Shown: positions 18,593 to 30,448 of the stretch, in pieces
Numbering within the stretch: position 1 is the stretch's first letter
How the letters are laid out: the number at the start of each line of letters is the position of its first letter
Assembly (NCBI GenBank): GCA_963712275.1
Contig: CAVQHD010000001.1
Span: forward strand, 1,408,001 to 1,472,000
DNA: 64,000 nt
Source: an uncultured Rhabdochlamydiaceae bacterium
GTDB taxonomy: Bacteria; Chlamydiota; Chlamydiia; Chlamydiales; Rhabdochlamydiaceae
Direction: 5' to 3'
Program-made: the position numbers and the translations under genes
The notes under the pieces: model-generated
Databases searched by the model: none
What the model was told of the DNA's origin: nothing
What the model saw: the letters and a program-made list of their open reading frames with translations, nothing else

Positions 18593-19065
18593 CTGTCTGC
18601 ATCCGGATCTTCAAGCACCCCCCGCTTCCATCGGTTCCGGTCGCTAAAAGGGTCTTCCTCTCCTTCATCTTCATCGGCAGCAGCCTCTTCTTCTACTAAA
18701 ACGCTTCCTTCAGTTCCGCTTTCTGTTTCATCCCCGGCAGAGGTTTCAACATCGTACGATTCACTTTCAGTATCAAGGCCAAAGTCAGTCAGCCCTTCTT
18801 CAGGCATTTCAATATCGGGCATGCTAGCTGTATCTGGGAAGGCTTGACGCGTGTGGGGAGACCGCTTGGGAGGAGCATACTCTTCCATTGCGCCGCTTTC
18901 TTTTAGAAAGCGAAGCCTTTCTTTTTCTTCTTGGATTTTTTCTTTAAGCAAAATAATTTCGCTCTTGTGTTTTTCAAGGTCTTTCTTGGGAACAAGGCCC
19001 AATTTCAACCATTGGTCAAGATCGTTTAGCTCTACTTCGAGTTTTCTCAATCGTTCACTTTTCAT
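18586..19065 (-). CDS. Conserved chlamydial protein, CT053-like
   Basis: MKSERLRKLE..LGLVPKK N-terminus and acidic tail; sits between hemN-like and sucA as in Chlamydia (recognised from memory). Confidence 0.75.
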   Translation of the reverse strand: MKSERLRKLEVELNDLDQWLKLGLVPKKDLEKHKSEIILLKEKIQEEKERLRFLKESGAMEEYAPPKRSPHTRQAFPDTASMPDIEMPEEGLTDFGLDTESESYDVETSAGDETESGTEGSVLVEEEAAADEDEGEEDPFSDRNRWKRGVLEDPDADSW

Positions 19066-19212
19066 AAGGCCTTATAATCCTTGCTGCTTTTGAACTCTTT
19101 ACTGGACGTAGGACATTTTATGCAAGGATCCAAAATTATTTCGAACGGTTTATTTATTCACAAGAAAATAGTTCTCTATGGTAACCAAAGGAAAGGAGTA
19201 TAAAGAAATAAA

Positions 19213-21858
19213 TTGGAATTCTCTTTTTCAAATCTAGCTTACGTAGGCGAGCAGTATCAGAGGTTTTTGCTAAGTCCTGAAAGCGTGGAGCCTTCGTGGA
19301 GATATTTTTTTGAAGGGTGGCAGCTAGCGAAAAAGACTGGACAAGAGGCCAGACAGGAGACAAGCTGCGCAGATTTAAATGTCGATCATTTAATTCAAGC
19401 CTACCGGACCTATGGGCATCTGAAAGCCCGTTTCAACTGCCTGCAGACAGAGGTAGCTTTGCAAATCCCCGAGCTCTCTTATCAAACTTATGGGTTTCAG
19501 GAGAGTGATTTAAATCGCCTTTACACAGCAGCGGGTAAAGAAACCCCTTTGCATGAAATCATTGCAACGCTCGAGAAAATCTACTGCGGCTCGATAGGAT
19601 TTGAATACATGAGCATTCAAAATCCAGGGCTGCAGCAGTGGATTCAAACGGCCCTCGAAACCGATTTGCGGGCTCCTTTCACAGCTGAGCAAAAGCAAGA
19701 TATTTTTCATGATCTCAATCGAGCAGAGCTTTTTGAGACATTTTTACACACTAAATATGTTGGGCAAAAACGGTTTTCTCTAGAGGGAGGAGAGACCCTT
19801 ATTCCCATGCTCAAGATGATGGTCGAGACGGCTGCTTTAGAGGGGATTCATGAAGTGGTGTTAGGAATGGCCCACCGCGGCAGATTGAATGTGCTTGCGA
19901 ATCTTCTCAATAAATCGTATGACGCGATCTTTCACGAGTTTGAAGACCATTATACTCCCGATCTTTATGAGGGGACAGGGGATGTCAAATACCACCGAGG
20001 ATTTACAGGAGCTCTGAGCACAAAACAAGGGCAGCAGGTGGTTGTGACTTTGTCTGCGAACCCAAGCCATTTGGAAGCTGTCGACCCTGTTGTAGAAGGG
20101 CAGGCAAGAGCTAAACAGGAGATTCGAGGGGTAGCCGAAGTGATTCCTATCCTGATCCATGGAGACGCATCGATTGCAGGGCAAGGAGTTGTCTACGAGA
20201 CGCTTCAACTGAGCAAGCTCGTTGGGTACCAAACAGGTGGAACCGTTCACATCGTTGTCAACAACCAAATCGGTTTTACAGCGATTCCAAAAGATACCCG
20301 CTCGACACGGTACTGCACCGATATTGCGCTCGCATTTGGAGCTCCCGTCTTCCATGTAAATGCCGAAGATCCTGAAGCGTGCGTCTATGTAGCAGTGCTT
20401 GCGCTAAAAATTCGGCAGACGTTTAAAATTGATGTCTTTATCGACCTTAACTGCTACCGAAAATATGGGCATAATGAAAGCGATGAACCCCTCTTTACGC
20501 AGCCGCTCCAATATGAAAAAATTAAGCAGAAAAAAACCATTCGGAAACTCTACCTTGAACACCTTCTTGCTGAAGGCATTTTAGACCAAGTTCATATTGA
20601 TCAAGTAGAAGATCAATTTCGAATAGAGCTTCAAAAAGCTTTGGATCAGGTCTCATCCCAAGGCTTATCAAAGGCTCCCGCTCCAACACGACAGGCCCCT
20701 GTAAAAGAGCTAACCTACCAACAAAGGTCTCTTTCCGTCCCATTTCTTCAAGGTCTGGCAAAAGAGTTTTGCCAGATCCCAGAAGGGTTTAACCTGCACC
20801 CCAAAGTCCGCAAGCTTCAAGAAGAGCGGCTTTCCATGGTAGCCGACCCTCAGGCATCTAAGATCGATTGGGGAATGGGCGAGCATCTTGCCTACGCCTC
20901 TCTTTTAGCAGAAGGGGTCCATGTGCGCCTCTCTGGGCAAGATTCCCGCCGAGGGACATTTTCCCACCGGCACGCCGTTTGGGTAGATCAGACGACAGAG
21001 AAGCGGTATTTTCCTCTATCTCACCTCAAGACAAGTCAAGCTCTTTTCGACGTCTACAACTCATCGCTATCAGAATTTGCCGTTCTAGGGTTTGAGTTTG
21101 GCTACAGCCTCTCTTATCCTCAGGCTTTAGTGATCTGGGAAGCGCAGTTTGGCGATTTTGCCAATGGCGCTCAGGTCGTGATCGACCAGTTTATCGCAAG
21201 CTCCGAGCAGAAATGGGGGCATCACTGCGGTCTTGTCCTTTTCCTCCCCCACGGATATGAAGGGCAGGGGCCCGAACATTCATCGGCCCGGCTAGAGCGT
21301 TTCTTGCAACTTTCAGGCGATGGGAATTGGACTGTCGCAAGCTGCACAACCCCCGCCCAGCTCTTCCACCTCCTTCGGAAGCAGGCCCTTCAAAAACCGA
21401 CATGCCCCCTCATTCTCATGACGCCAAAAGGGCTTTTACGCCATCCCGCTTGCCACTCCTCCCTGGAAGAGTTTGCGCAAGGGATCTTTCAGCAGGTCCT
21501 CATTGACTCAACGATTTCCTCCCAAAACCTCAGAAGAGTCATTTTGTGCAGCGGAAAAGTATACTATGACCTCCTTGCAGCACGCCCCAAAGCAGATATA
21601 GCCCTTGTTCGGCTAGAGCAGCTCTACCCTTTTCCACAGGAAAAAATCAAAGAGGCGCTCCAGACCTATGCAGGAGCAGCAGAGTGGTGCTGGCTCCAGG
21701 AAGAGCATCAGAACATGGGCGCCTGGCATTACGTAGAGCCTCAGTTCCCCCAGTCTCTACGGTATATCGGCCGCGGACCCAGCAGCTCAACTGCCGCAGG
21801 GTCGTACGCTCTTCATAAAAAGCAGCTTAACCAATTTATTCAGGAGGCGTTTCAGTGA
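19213..21858 (+). CDS. sucA: 2-oxoglutarate dehydrogenase E1
   Basis: [47 protein letters not shown]. Confidence 0.97.
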   Translation: MEFSFSNLAYVGEQYQRFLLSPESVEPSWRYFFEGWQLAKKTGQEARQETSCADLNVDHLIQAYRTYGHLKARFNCLQTEVALQIPELSYQTYGFQESDLNRLYTAAGKETPLHEIIATLEKIYCGSIGFEYMSIQNPGLQQWIQTALETDLRAPFTAEQKQDIFHDLNRAELFETFLHTKYVGQKRFSLEGGETLIPMLKMMVETAALEGIHEVVLGMAHRGRLNVLANLLNKSYDAIFHEFEDHYTPDLYEGTGDVKYHRGFTGALSTKQGQQVVVTLSANPSHLEAVDPVVEGQARAKQEIRGVAEVIPILIHGDASIAGQGVVYETLQLSKLVGYQTGGTVHIVVNNQIGFTAIPKDTRSTRYCTDIALAFGAPVFHVNAEDPEACVYVAVLALKIRQTFKIDVFIDLNCYRKYGHNESDEPLFTQPLQYEKIKQKKTIRKLYLEHLLAEGILDQVHIDQVEDQFRIELQKALDQVSSQGLSKAPAPTRQAPVKELTYQQRSLSVPFLQGLAKEFCQIPEGFNLHPKVRKLQEERLSMVADPQASKIDWGMGEHLAYASLLAEGVHVRLSGQDSRRGTFSHRHAVWVDQTTEKRYFPLSHLKTSQALFDVYNSSLSEFAVLGFEFGYSLSYPQALVIWEAQFGDFANGAQVVIDQFIASSEQKWGHHCGLVLFLPHGYEGQGPEHSSARLERFLQLSGDGNWTVASCTTPAQLFHLLRKQALQKPTCPLILMTPKGLLRHPACHSSLEEFAQGIFQQVLIDSTISSQNLRRVILCSGKVYYDLLAARPKADIALVRLEQLYPFPQEKIKEALQTYAGAAEWCWLQEEHQNMGAWHYVEPQFPQSLRYIGRGPSSSTAAGSYALHKKQLNQFIQEAFQ

Positions 21859-22922
21859 AAGTCGACATTAAAGTTCCTTCGATGGGAGAGTCGGTCACAA
21901 GTGCTGTCATCAGTCGGATGATCGTCTCTTCAGGATCTATCGTCCGGCAAGATCAAGAGATTATAGAGCTTGAAACCGACAAAGTGAACCAGGTTCTCTA
22001 TGCCCCGGAAGCAGGGCAATTGCACCTGACTGTTCAAGTGGGTCAAACGGTTCAAATTGGAGAGTTAATCGGCACCGTGGACACAGCCGCCGCAGGCCAG
22101 CCTTCTTCTACTCCTCTCCCAGTTCCTTCCAAGCCATCCTCCGAGCCTTCCGTCCGCATCACCCCCGCAGAAACCGTAGCGAACCTGAAACAGAGCCCTC
22201 CGCCGCCCGTGCAATCTAAACCTGCGACCTCCGAGCGCCATCGGATGAGCAGCCTCAGAAAGACCATTGCACAAAGGCTTGTTGAAGTGAAGAACCAAAC
22301 AGCCATGCTCACCACCTTTAATGAAGTCGATATGACCCAAATTATCGACATCCGTGCCCGAGAAAAGGAGAATTTTCAAACCCGTTATGGAGTCAAGCTT
22401 GGGTTCATGTCTTTTTTCGTTAAAGCAGCCGTGAGCGCTCTCAAGATATTTTCAAATGTCCATGCCTCTATCGAAGGAGATGATATTGTCCAATTTTTAG
22501 CCTACGATATCGGCGTTGCAGTCTCCACTGATAAAGGTTTAATGGTTCCAGTGATTCGTGGATGCGATACAGCCTCCTTTGGGGAGATTGAAAAACAAAT
22601 TGAAATGTATGCGAAAAAAGCTCGAGAAGCAGCAATTACCATGGACGATCTTCGAGGCGGCTGTTTTACCATTACCAATGGAGGGGTATTCGGCTCTCTT
22701 CTTTCAACTCCCATTTTAAATCCTCCGCAAAGCGGCATCCTTGGAATGCACTCGATTGTTAAGCGGCCTATTGCCATCGCCGATCAGGTCGTCATTCGTC
22801 CGATGATGTATCTAGCCCTCTCTTATGATCACCGCCTCATCGACGGCAAAGAAGCCGTCCAGTTTCTTGTTCATATGAAAGAGCACCTCGAAGACCCTTC
22901 CCGCTTACTTCTGGAGTTATGA
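21855..22922 (+). CDS. sucB: Dihydrolipoamide succinyltransferase E2
   Basis: Lipoyl motif [27 protein letters not shown]. Confidence 0.97.
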   Translation: MKVDIKVPSMGESVTSAVISRMIVSSGSIVRQDQEIIELETDKVNQVLYAPEAGQLHLTVQVGQTVQIGELIGTVDTAAAGQPSSTPLPVPSKPSSEPSVRITPAETVANLKQSPPPPVQSKPATSERHRMSSLRKTIAQRLVEVKNQTAMLTTFNEVDMTQIIDIRAREKENFQTRYGVKLGFMSFFVKAAVSALKIFSNVHASIEGDDIVQFLAYDIGVAVSTDKGLMVPVIRGCDTASFGEIEKQIEMYAKKAREAAITMDDLRGGCFTITNGGVFGSLLSTPILNPPQSGILGMHSIVKRPIAIADQVVIRPMMYLALSYDHRLIDGKEAVQFLVHMKEHLEDPSRLLLEL

Positions 22923-24289
22923 AAAAGTTTGACTTGATTGTGATTGGAGCAGGCCCTGGAGGATATGTAGCTGCCATCCGGGCTGCGCAGTTAGGACTCT
23001 CCGTCGCTTGTATTGATAAGAGAAAAGCGCTTGGCGGCACCTGCCTTAATGTTGGATGCATCCCTTCTAAAACACTTCTGCATACGACAGAGTTCTACTC
23101 GAAAATGACCCATGAAGCCCCCCTCCTCGGACTTAAGGTCGAGCGGTGCTCCTACTCTCTTGCTGAAATCATGGAGAGAAAAAAACAGGTCATCGCAACA
23201 TTTAATGACGGAATCGCCGCGCTTTTCAAAAAAAATAAAATCTCCTTTTTTGAAGGGTCTGCTAAGTTTCTATCACCGACCACCGTTCAGGTCGCAGGAG
23301 AGCCTTTGGAAGCCTCATTTATCGTGATTGCAACAGGTTCTTTCCCAACTCCGCTTCCCTTTCTTCCTTTTGATGAAAAGCAGATTGTCTCATCCACAGG
23401 GGCCCTTGCACTTGCAAACGTTCCTAAAAGACTTGTAATTGTCGGGGCAGGAGTCATTGGAGTTGAGCTCGGCTCTGTCTATAGCCGTTTGGGCAGCCAG
23501 GTGACCTTTCTCGAATTCTTTGACCGCATTTGCCCAGCTTTCGATCCATCTCTTTCCAAAGAGCTGCACCGTCAGCTCACAGCACAGGGAATGAAGTTTT
23601 ACCTTTCGACAAAAGTCACCGGCGCTACTTTAAGCCCGCAAGAAGTGATTCTCAGAACCGAGCAAGGAAATCATGCAGCCGATGTTGTTCTCGTTGCCAT
23701 CGGCCGCCGCCCCTATACGTCAGAGCTTGGACTGCAAACCGTCGGGATTACTCTCACGCCTGCGGGGACCATTTCTATCAATAGTAGATTCCAAACCTCC
23801 ATCCCTTCAATCTATGCCATTGGAGATGTCGTCGATGGCCCGATGCTCGCTCATAAAGCGTCTGAAGAGGGAGTTGCCGTTGCAGAAATTATCGCAGGAC
23901 ACCATCCCACCATCAATTACATCGCGATTCCGAGCGTCGTTTATACCTACCCGGAAGTCGCAGCTGTGGGCCTGACCGAAGAGGAAGCAAAAAAAATGGG
24001 GGTTACCGTCAAACTTGGGCAATTTCCCTTCAAAGTGAATTCAAGAGCCAAATGTACGAGAGAAGAAGAAGGGTTTGTAAAAATGGTCGCCGATCAAGAG
24101 ACCGACCGGCTCTTAGGAGTGCACATCATTGGGGCCCATGCCTCAGAGCTGATTGCCGAAGCTTGCATTGCCTTGCAAAACAAGCTGACAGTTCATGAGC
24201 TCGCCCATACCCCTCATGCCCACCCAACTCTCTCTGAAGCGCTCAAAGAGGCAGCCCTCGCCTTGCATGGACAGGCGATTCATCGATAA
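22919..24289 (+). CDS. lpdA: Dihydrolipoamide dehydrogenase E3
   Basis: [28 protein letters not shown]. Confidence 0.97.
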   Translation: MKKFDLIVIGAGPGGYVAAIRAAQLGLSVACIDKRKALGGTCLNVGCIPSKTLLHTTEFYSKMTHEAPLLGLKVERCSYSLAEIMERKKQVIATFNDGIAALFKKNKISFFEGSAKFLSPTTVQVAGEPLEASFIVIATGSFPTPLPFLPFDEKQIVSSTGALALANVPKRLVIVGAGVIGVELGSVYSRLGSQVTFLEFFDRICPAFDPSLSKELHRQLTAQGMKFYLSTKVTGATLSPQEVILRTEQGNHAADVVLVAIGRRPYTSELGLQTVGITLTPAGTISINSRFQTSIPSIYAIGDVVDGPMLAHKASEEGVAVAEIIAGHHPTINYIAIPSVVYTYPEVAAVGLTEEEAKKMGVTVKLGQFPFKVNSRAKCTREEEGFVKMVADQETDRLLGVHIIGAHASELIAEACIALQNKLTVHELAHTPHAHPTLSEALKEAALALHGQAIHR

Positions 24290-24291
24290 CA

Positions 24292-24600
24292 GAGGGAGCT
24301 CGCAAAACTCCGAATTTTAAAGGTAGAGGAAAAAGATCGGGCAAGGGAACGGGCACGGTAACGTTCACGAAAGAAAAGTCAGTTGAATTTTGCAACTACC
24401 TCGAATATGTTGGAATTTTTGATATATGCCGAAACCTGCGTTTGGTGCAAGAAGCGCAATAAAGCCACGGGCGTAAACTGCTGATACGCCTTGTCTCGAT
24501 ATTAACAAAAATGACTCAGAGGACCTCTTTCGTGAACGTTACCGTGCCCGATCTTTCCTCTGCTCGTAGTTACCCAAATCGGAGTTTTGCGAGCTCCCTC
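24292..24600. mobile_element. 309-bp composite element with family A-type ends
   Basis: Perfect 22-bp TIR GAGGGAGCTCGCAAAACTCCGA; internal perfect 25-bp IR (24350-24374 / 24526-24550); extra A-like end at 24385-24402. Fills the gap between convergent genes. Confidence 0.85.
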
Positions 24601-25159
24601 AATAGTTTTGAGATTTGCCGCAGCTGCAAGACCCCTTGGCGTTAGGATTCATGATTTCAAAGCCCGCCCCTTGAAGACGTTCTCGATAGTTGATCACACA
24701 CCCTTGGAGTTGGGGAAGCATCTGTTTTTCCACATGAATCTCAACCCCTTCCGACACAAACACCATATCTTCGCTACCTGCTTTTTCAGAATACTCAAGA
24801 ATGTATTCAAAGCCGCTGCAGCCTCCAGCTCGGATGCCAAGGCGAAGACCCCAGCCCGTTTTTCCATCCTCTTCCAAAATTTCCCGGTATTTTTCCGCAG
24901 CATACGGAGCTAATGTAATTGTCGAAGTGTCGATTTTTTCTGCTAAGACGGCATTCAAGCGACCCAGCAGTTTTTGTAGATCTTCTTCCGAGAAGCCGTG
25001 ACCTAAAGTCCCTGCTTCCAATGTTTCCCAAACAGCCGCCCCGCATCCGACACAGTTGAGCCCAGCACTGACCATCTCATGAGCCAGACGTTGACTCCTC
25101 TGGGGGAATGTCGTTAAGATTTCTTCAATTGTCATCTCTTTGGTGATTTGATTGTCCAT
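24599..25159 (-). CDS. HesB/IscA-family Fe-S carrier with an N-terminal DUF1858-like domain
   Basis: GGCSGFEY and NPNAKGSCSCGKS; N-terminal GLNCVGC..ETLE. Confidence 0.9.
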   Translation of the reverse strand: MDNQITKEMTIEEILTTFPQRSQRLAHEMVSAGLNCVGCGAAVWETLEAGTLGHGFSEEDLQKLLGRLNAVLAEKIDTSTITLAPYAAEKYREILEEDGKTGWGLRLGIRAGGCSGFEYILEYSEKAGSEDMVFVSEGVEIHVEKQMLPQLQGCVINYRERLQGAGFEIMNPNAKGSCSCGKSQNY

Positions 25160-25168
25160 AACCCTCGC

Positions 25169-25432
25169 CTAAAATTTAATTTTTACACATCCGCCCAGCA
25201 GTTTACACTGGCAGCTTAAACGCTCTTTGCCAGGCTCTCCGAGAAAATCTTTTTCTTCTTGGGTAAAAGGGGAGAGGTTTTCCATACCCTCCTCTACTTC
25301 AATGACGCACGTGCCACAAATTCCTTCCGTGCAAGCGAATGGAACCCCTGCTTCTTCGCAGGCAGAAATAATAGACTCCCCGTCAGGAATTTCGTGCTCT
25401 TCACCACTATGTTCAAAGATCAATTTACCCAT
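25169..25432 (-). CDS. 2Fe-2S ferredoxin
   Basis: PFACTEGICGTC ... RLSCQ. Confidence 0.9.
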   Translation of the reverse strand: MGKLIFEHSGEEHEIPDGESIISACEEAGVPFACTEGICGTCVIEVEEGMENLSPFTQEEKDFLGEPGKERLSCQCKLLGGCVKIKF

Positions 25433-25556
25433 AGAGAACATTACAGCTGAAGTGCGCCTAAAAGGCAAGAATTACATGTTGGCTATTGCTCTAGCGGCTT
25501 GTCACCTGACCAACCCAACTGGAAATCCATCGAATTTACACTCTTAACAGATTGAA

Positions 25557-25754
25557 CTAAAACAGGTTAAAATCTTCTTCAGAAGAAATCTCTTGGCTAT
25601 TGGAAAGAAGCCCTTCGACCGTCTCCTTGAGTGTTTTAATTCCTTCGGGGAATCCGCATTGAACAAGGACCGTATTGAGACTGCTCAGTTCCGTCTCTAA
25701 TAGATCAATCTGGCTTTCAAGAAAGGCAATTCGGGTTTGAAGGATCTGACTCAT
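25557..25754 (-). CDS. Small hypothetical coiled-coil protein
   Basis: 65-aa ORF with an AAGGA RBS; RIAFLESQIDLLETEL..GFPEGIKTLK. Confidence 0.6.
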   Translation of the reverse strand: MSQILQTRIAFLESQIDLLETELSSLNTVLVQCGFPEGIKTLKETVEGLLSNSQEISSEEDFNLF

Positions 25755-26021
25755 ATTAAATTCCTTTTTATTATATCTTCACTTTATATAATTATATTTT
25801 AAACAAAGTATTTAAATACACAAAAATATAATCATTTGTTTAAAATAGCCGCTTTAAAAATAAATCGCTTTTAACTGCTTCATTTTAAACGACTTATAAA
25901 AAATAATATTAATTTCTTGATAAAACCCTTGCTTTAATAATAAAAAATGATTTAATATTACTATTAACACGTTATATAATATTAATCATAAGTTTAATAA
26001 ATAAAATAAGAGGATAATAAT

Positions 26022-28877
26022 ATGGCTACACCAACACCAACACAAGGCACACCAACTCAAACACCCACACCTACACCAAGTCAAACACCCACACGGGGAC
26101 GTTCGCCCTCGCCATCGAATTCTAGGAATCCATCGCGCGCACCTTCACTAGATGGCCGCACGGTATCAACGGACTTATTAATACATCCGCTTCAGCTAAA
26201 CAATAACGGTGAGTACAATTTTGGTGGCAGCACGGATACACCCACACACAACACGTCCACAACTTCGGATACAGCTGCGACAGTGGGAAGAACTTTTGAG
26301 CAATTTTTAAAAGAAAAGAAGCAAAATGGGTTTGATGAAGTAGACCGTGCTAGAGATTATATGGTTAAGTCTAAAGCAACGAATGCAACGTTTCTTTCTA
26401 AAATATTCTATTTAGTTGCTATGATAGTGGAGGAGTTGTGTTGTAGTGCTGAAAAATTAAACAAGATTCGCGCAGCTGTGAATGAAAAAGAACCACAACA
26501 AATAGAAAACGACTTTTACCATCAGTGCCTCCTCGTTCAAAAAGTTTATGATAAGTTTATTAAAAAGCCCCAAGCAAAAACACTTAATAAGCTTAGAGAA
26601 GAATTTGAGAAGTTACATGCTTTTGCAGGGAAGATGGCAGAAGGCCTATCACAGCAAGATCAGAGGAAAGAACTAGAAAAAGCACATAAACTTATTAATG
26701 AAGTACTTAGCAAGCATGTCGGTACAGACGTGGCAAAAGAAATTTTAAGCTATTTTGCACGCAGCCAGTTTGAATCTCAATATCAATTCATGGGGAATGA
26801 TTTAGAAAAATTCCTTTTAAATTTTGATTCAAATGTTAACGATTTTACAAGTAGTGCTTCTTATGGAAGCGCGCAAGACATTGGCAACGTTTTCCTCGAT
26901 ATTGTTGCAGACATAGGAACCAAAGAAAAAAAGAACAAAGATGCTAATTTTGAAGCTTTAAACTTGCTGACAACCGCAATGGGGGCACCGGTAGTTCCTG
27001 AGGCTCAGATAGAAGATTATGGGAAAAGTTTTTCGGAAAGACTGAAAGCTATCCTACAAACAGGAAAATCGGATCCAAATTTTCTCATTAATGAAAACGA
27101 TCAAAGAACATTAATAACTCAGTACCGGACTTATTGCGAAACAAAAGCTCAAGTAGAAAAGGAGCACGCAGAGTTCCACAAGCTCTTCTTACAGCACAAT
27201 AATAAAGTGGTAGAATATCTCAAAATTCAAAGCGCAGAAATAGCAGTTTCTTATGATACGCTTGTTGAGCTTTTTGGAGAGGATCCATTCCAGAGGCCTA
27301 GGGACTTTGACGTGCCCACCCTTCTTACAGATGTCGATAAATGCAAACATAAAATTGCATCGATTGATCGACAAATTCCCCTCTCTATATCGCAGGTTCA
27401 GAGTAAATTTCAAACAACTCTGGAAGAAAAAAAGGGGGCTCTGCCTCAAATACAAACCCAAATAGATCACCTAAGTGGCCAAAAAACAGTGCAAGAAAAA
27501 GACCTTGCGGACAAGAGAGCTGCTCGGGACAACGCCAAATATAAATCGCCTGGATCTCTAAATATTAAATCAACTCCTGACCAGGTAAAGAATTTTAATG
27601 AATATAAGGCAGCTCAAGAAGCGGTTGAGAAAGCTAAACAAGATTTAACATTAACAGAAACCACTTTGAACAAACATAATGCAGATTTAGCTAAATTGGA
27701 AAAAGAGATCGCTGCCAATCCAGCAGAGGAGAAAAAAGCGATTGAGGCTGTAGTAAAAACGCTCAAGCAGGAAAAAAAACAAAAAGAAAACGAGCTTGCG
27801 CAGTATAAAAAACAAACAGTTATGCTCGCAAAGCAGGATATTACGGACGCCTATAATGCCAAAGTGCAGTCTAAGACACTGTTTGAAGAGGCCTATGGAG
27901 AGAATAGTTACCAACTATTTGAGGATAAATGGCCCAAACAACCAAGACTTGAAGACGTTTCTCTTACTGAAGAGGGCCATGGAGAGAATAGTTATAAACT
28001 GTTTGAGGATATTTCTAAAGAGCTCAAAAAGCATCAAGGTCTAGTAAATCAAGCAGAAAAGGAAATGAATGCCAAAGCCGAAGATTTGACAAACGCCTTC
28101 AAACAGTTGAAGAAAGCAGAAAAGGCTCTCAGAAATGCTCTCATAGATTCGGGCTATAATCCAGAAACAGGAATAGCTAATCTTAATGATAAACGTGGGA
28201 CGATAAAGGCAACTATCCTTAAAGAGCGTAGGCTAGTTAAGGACTTAGCCTTTACCGTTATAGGCAAAATGGTGAAGCCAAAAGATCCGGAAGAGGAAGC
28301 CAAAGCGAATCTCCAGAAATACCAAGCTAGAAATAAGTCAAAATACCAACTATCGCGCGATGTGTCCGGGTATAATAATAACAGATTCTCAAGAACCTCT
28401 GTAGGGCATTCTAGTTCTAGTAGCGATGATGATGAGTTTTTGGGCGTGGGCGCAAGAGAACGGCGTCGTGCTGTTAGTCTAGGGGGTTTACCTAGAACAT
28501 CAAGAAGGAACAGAAAGGTAAAAGCACCTGAGTATCTGAATGGTTCCAATGCGGTTCATGGAGATAAGAGGTTTTTTGGAGAAGTTGTCTCAGAAGATGC
28601 TTTTAACAAATATCCAAACAATGGACGTGCTAGTTTCCACCCCGGAAACGAAGAGGAGACCCGAGAAGAACGGGGTCGTTCTGTTACGCGTAGAACATCA
28701 AGAAGTAAGAGTGGGACAGAAATACCTGAGCGTTTACCAACAACATCTACAAATCGTGCAAACAGAACCGATTCCCCACATGTAATAGACTATACGGGTT
28801 TACAGCCTGATTCAGGTGATGAGGAGCATTTTCAAGACTTTCCCTCAGATTCTGGAGTCGATAAGTCTACACAGTGA
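26022..28877 (+). CDS. Large coiled-coil protein with disordered termini, putative secreted effector
   Basis: 951 aa; T/P/S-rich N-terminus, K/E-rich coiled coil, R/S-rich tail; GAGGA RBS and AT-rich upstream region. Confidence 0.7.
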   Translation: MATPTPTQGTPTQTPTPTPSQTPTRGRSPSPSNSRNPSRAPSLDGRTVSTDLLIHPLQLNNNGEYNFGGSTDTPTHNTSTTSDTAATVGRTFEQFLKEKKQNGFDEVDRARDYMVKSKATNATFLSKIFYLVAMIVEELCCSAEKLNKIRAAVNEKEPQQIENDFYHQCLLVQKVYDKFIKKPQAKTLNKLREEFEKLHAFAGKMAEGLSQQDQRKELEKAHKLINEVLSKHVGTDVAKEILSYFARSQFESQYQFMGNDLEKFLLNFDSNVNDFTSSASYGSAQDIGNVFLDIVADIGTKEKKNKDANFEALNLLTTAMGAPVVPEAQIEDYGKSFSERLKAILQTGKSDPNFLINENDQRTLITQYRTYCETKAQVEKEHAEFHKLFLQHNNKVVEYLKIQSAEIAVSYDTLVELFGEDPFQRPRDFDVPTLLTDVDKCKHKIASIDRQIPLSISQVQSKFQTTLEEKKGALPQIQTQIDHLSGQKTVQEKDLADKRAARDNAKYKSPGSLNIKSTPDQVKNFNEYKAAQEAVEKAKQDLTLTETTLNKHNADLAKLEKEIAANPAEEKKAIEAVVKTLKQEKKQKENELAQYKKQTVMLAKQDITDAYNAKVQSKTLFEEAYGENSYQLFEDKWPKQPRLEDVSLTEEGHGENSYKLFEDISKELKKHQGLVNQAEKEMNAKAEDLTNAFKQLKKAEKALRNALIDSGYNPETGIANLNDKRGTIKATILKERRLVKDLAFTVIGKMVKPKDPEEEAKANLQKYQARNKSKYQLSRDVSGYNNNRFSRTSVGHSSSSSDDDEFLGVGARERRRAVSLGGLPRTSRRNRKVKAPEYLNGSNAVHGDKRFFGEVVSEDAFNKYPNNGRASFHPGNEEETREERGRSVTRRTSRSKSGTEIPERLPTTSTNRANRTDSPHVIDYTGLQPDSGDEEHFQDFPSDSGVDKSTQ

Positions 28878-28976
28878 GAAAATTTATTCCTAGCGACTCT
28901 TCAGGCGAAGATTAAACCCAGCACATGACGAACAGCCTTTGGTTCGATAGCACAGCAGGCCCTTTTAAGACAGCTT

Positions 28977-29633
28977 CTAAGGGCTCGTTTGCTTTGATGG
29001 GGCTTCAGGGTGGCTGAGGAGCCTAGAGAGCTTGGCAAGGACATCGCGCAGGACTTCTAAAGGCTTTTGATCGGCGTTGAAACGAGAGATCAGAGACGGG
29101 GAATAATGGTTTAAGATTGCCTGTGTTGACTCTTCATAGACCTTCATTCGGGTCCGCAGAATAGACTCGTCAAAATCATCCATGCGCCGCTCGATAAGGG
29201 CCCGCCGTTTCATTCGCTTAATAAGCTCTTCCGTATTCGAAGTTTCTAAGACAATCAGGTGGAGCATATCGATTTGGCTTTCCAGAAGCTCTGCCTGGGC
29301 GACTGTCCTAGGGATTCCATCTAAAAGAAGGAGCTGCTGGTGGGGATAGTATCGATTGGTGGCAATGAGCCCCTCGACATAGTGGTGCCAGATTCCCAAG
29401 GTTACGTCATCGGGTAAAAGGTGCCCTTTGCCGGCATAGGAGTGGTAAATTTTACCAGCGGGGGACTCAGGGGAGAGCCCCCGAAAAATGTCCCCAGATG
29501 AAAGATGAAAGTGGTTGCCGGCGCTGCTTAGAAATTTTCCGAGGGTCCCTTTTCCAGCCCCTGGCGGGCCAAAAATTAAAATTGACCGGTATTGCCGAGG
29601 GGATGGATCGACAAGCGCTTTAACATCAACCAT
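28977..29633 (-). CDS. adk: Adenylate kinase
   Basis: FGPPGAGKGT, HLSSGDIFR, LLDGIPRT. Confidence 0.9.
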   Translation of the reverse strand: MVDVKALVDPSPRQYRSILIFGPPGAGKGTLGKFLSSAGNHFHLSSGDIFRGLSPESPAGKIYHSYAGKGHLLPDDVTLGIWHHYVEGLIATNRYYPHQQLLLLDGIPRTVAQAELLESQIDMLHLIVLETSNTEELIKRMKRRALIERRMDDFDESILRTRMKVYEESTQAILNHYSPSLISRFNADQKPLEVLRDVLAKLSRLLSHPEAPSKQTSP

Positions 29634-29818
29634 TTTAGTTCCTATGGGAAGTACCCTCCAAACCATACCAGATCATCGATTAACAACGCAATTTCTTGGA
29701 TTAGCTTCTAAGAATCAATGGGTTAGGTATTTAGCGCACAGGTACTTAATTCAAAGAAATTTTATTTGTTTTTAATTTTAAAAAATGTTAAAATTATGTT
29801 TAAATAAGGATAAGATTT

Positions 29819-30448
29819 ATGACGACACAATCAGCTCAAGGAAATTCTCTTCAGCCTCATCAGATGTTTTTGGGCGAAGTGACTTACAACAACCGTCACT
29901 ATATAGCGATTTTGCATTACCATTCCGAAGACGGAACGGCGAAGCCGGTGACAGCGGAAATGCAACGTGTACAAGCGACTTATTGCCGCGCGCTTCAACA
30001 CATGATCGATCATGCACAAAGGGAGACACCGGAGCAGCCTCTTTCAAGAATTTCGATGGGTGGCTTTGTTTTTGCCGCTGCTCAGGATGAAGATGAAACC
30101 TCTTATTCTCATACAGATCTCAAAACCATAAATCAGTGGCACCAATTTCTTTTTATTCTTGATCGTCCTGAGCTCTCTTCTCAATATCTCCAAGATATTG
30201 AGCTGATCGAAATGACGGAAGAGGACAAAGCTCGGCTCCTCGACGCGGTTATTAGTAAAGCTGACGAAGCATCCCAGTCGAGGGCAAAAGTAGTTGTTTT
30301 CGATGCAAAGGAAAAAATCTTTCTCGCAGCGTTCGGGGCACACAAATTAAGCCGTGGAGAGCGAGATGCAGAAGAATTGTGTAAGCTCAAACTCCACCAG
30401 TACCGTTCACAAAACCCGGATTATGACCCCTCCCAAACGTCTAAGTAG
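29819..30448 (+). CDS. Hypothetical protein
   Basis: 209-aa ORF downstream of an AT-rich promoter-like region with AGGA; no recognised motif. Confidence 0.55.
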   Translation: MTTQSAQGNSLQPHQMFLGEVTYNNRHYIAILHYHSEDGTAKPVTAEMQRVQATYCRALQHMIDHAQRETPEQPLSRISMGGFVFAAAQDEDETSYSHTDLKTINQWHQFLFILDRPELSSQYLQDIELIEMTEEDKARLLDAVISKADEASQSRAKVVVFDAKEKIFLAAFGAHKLSRGERDAEELCKLKLHQYRSQNPDYDPSQTSK

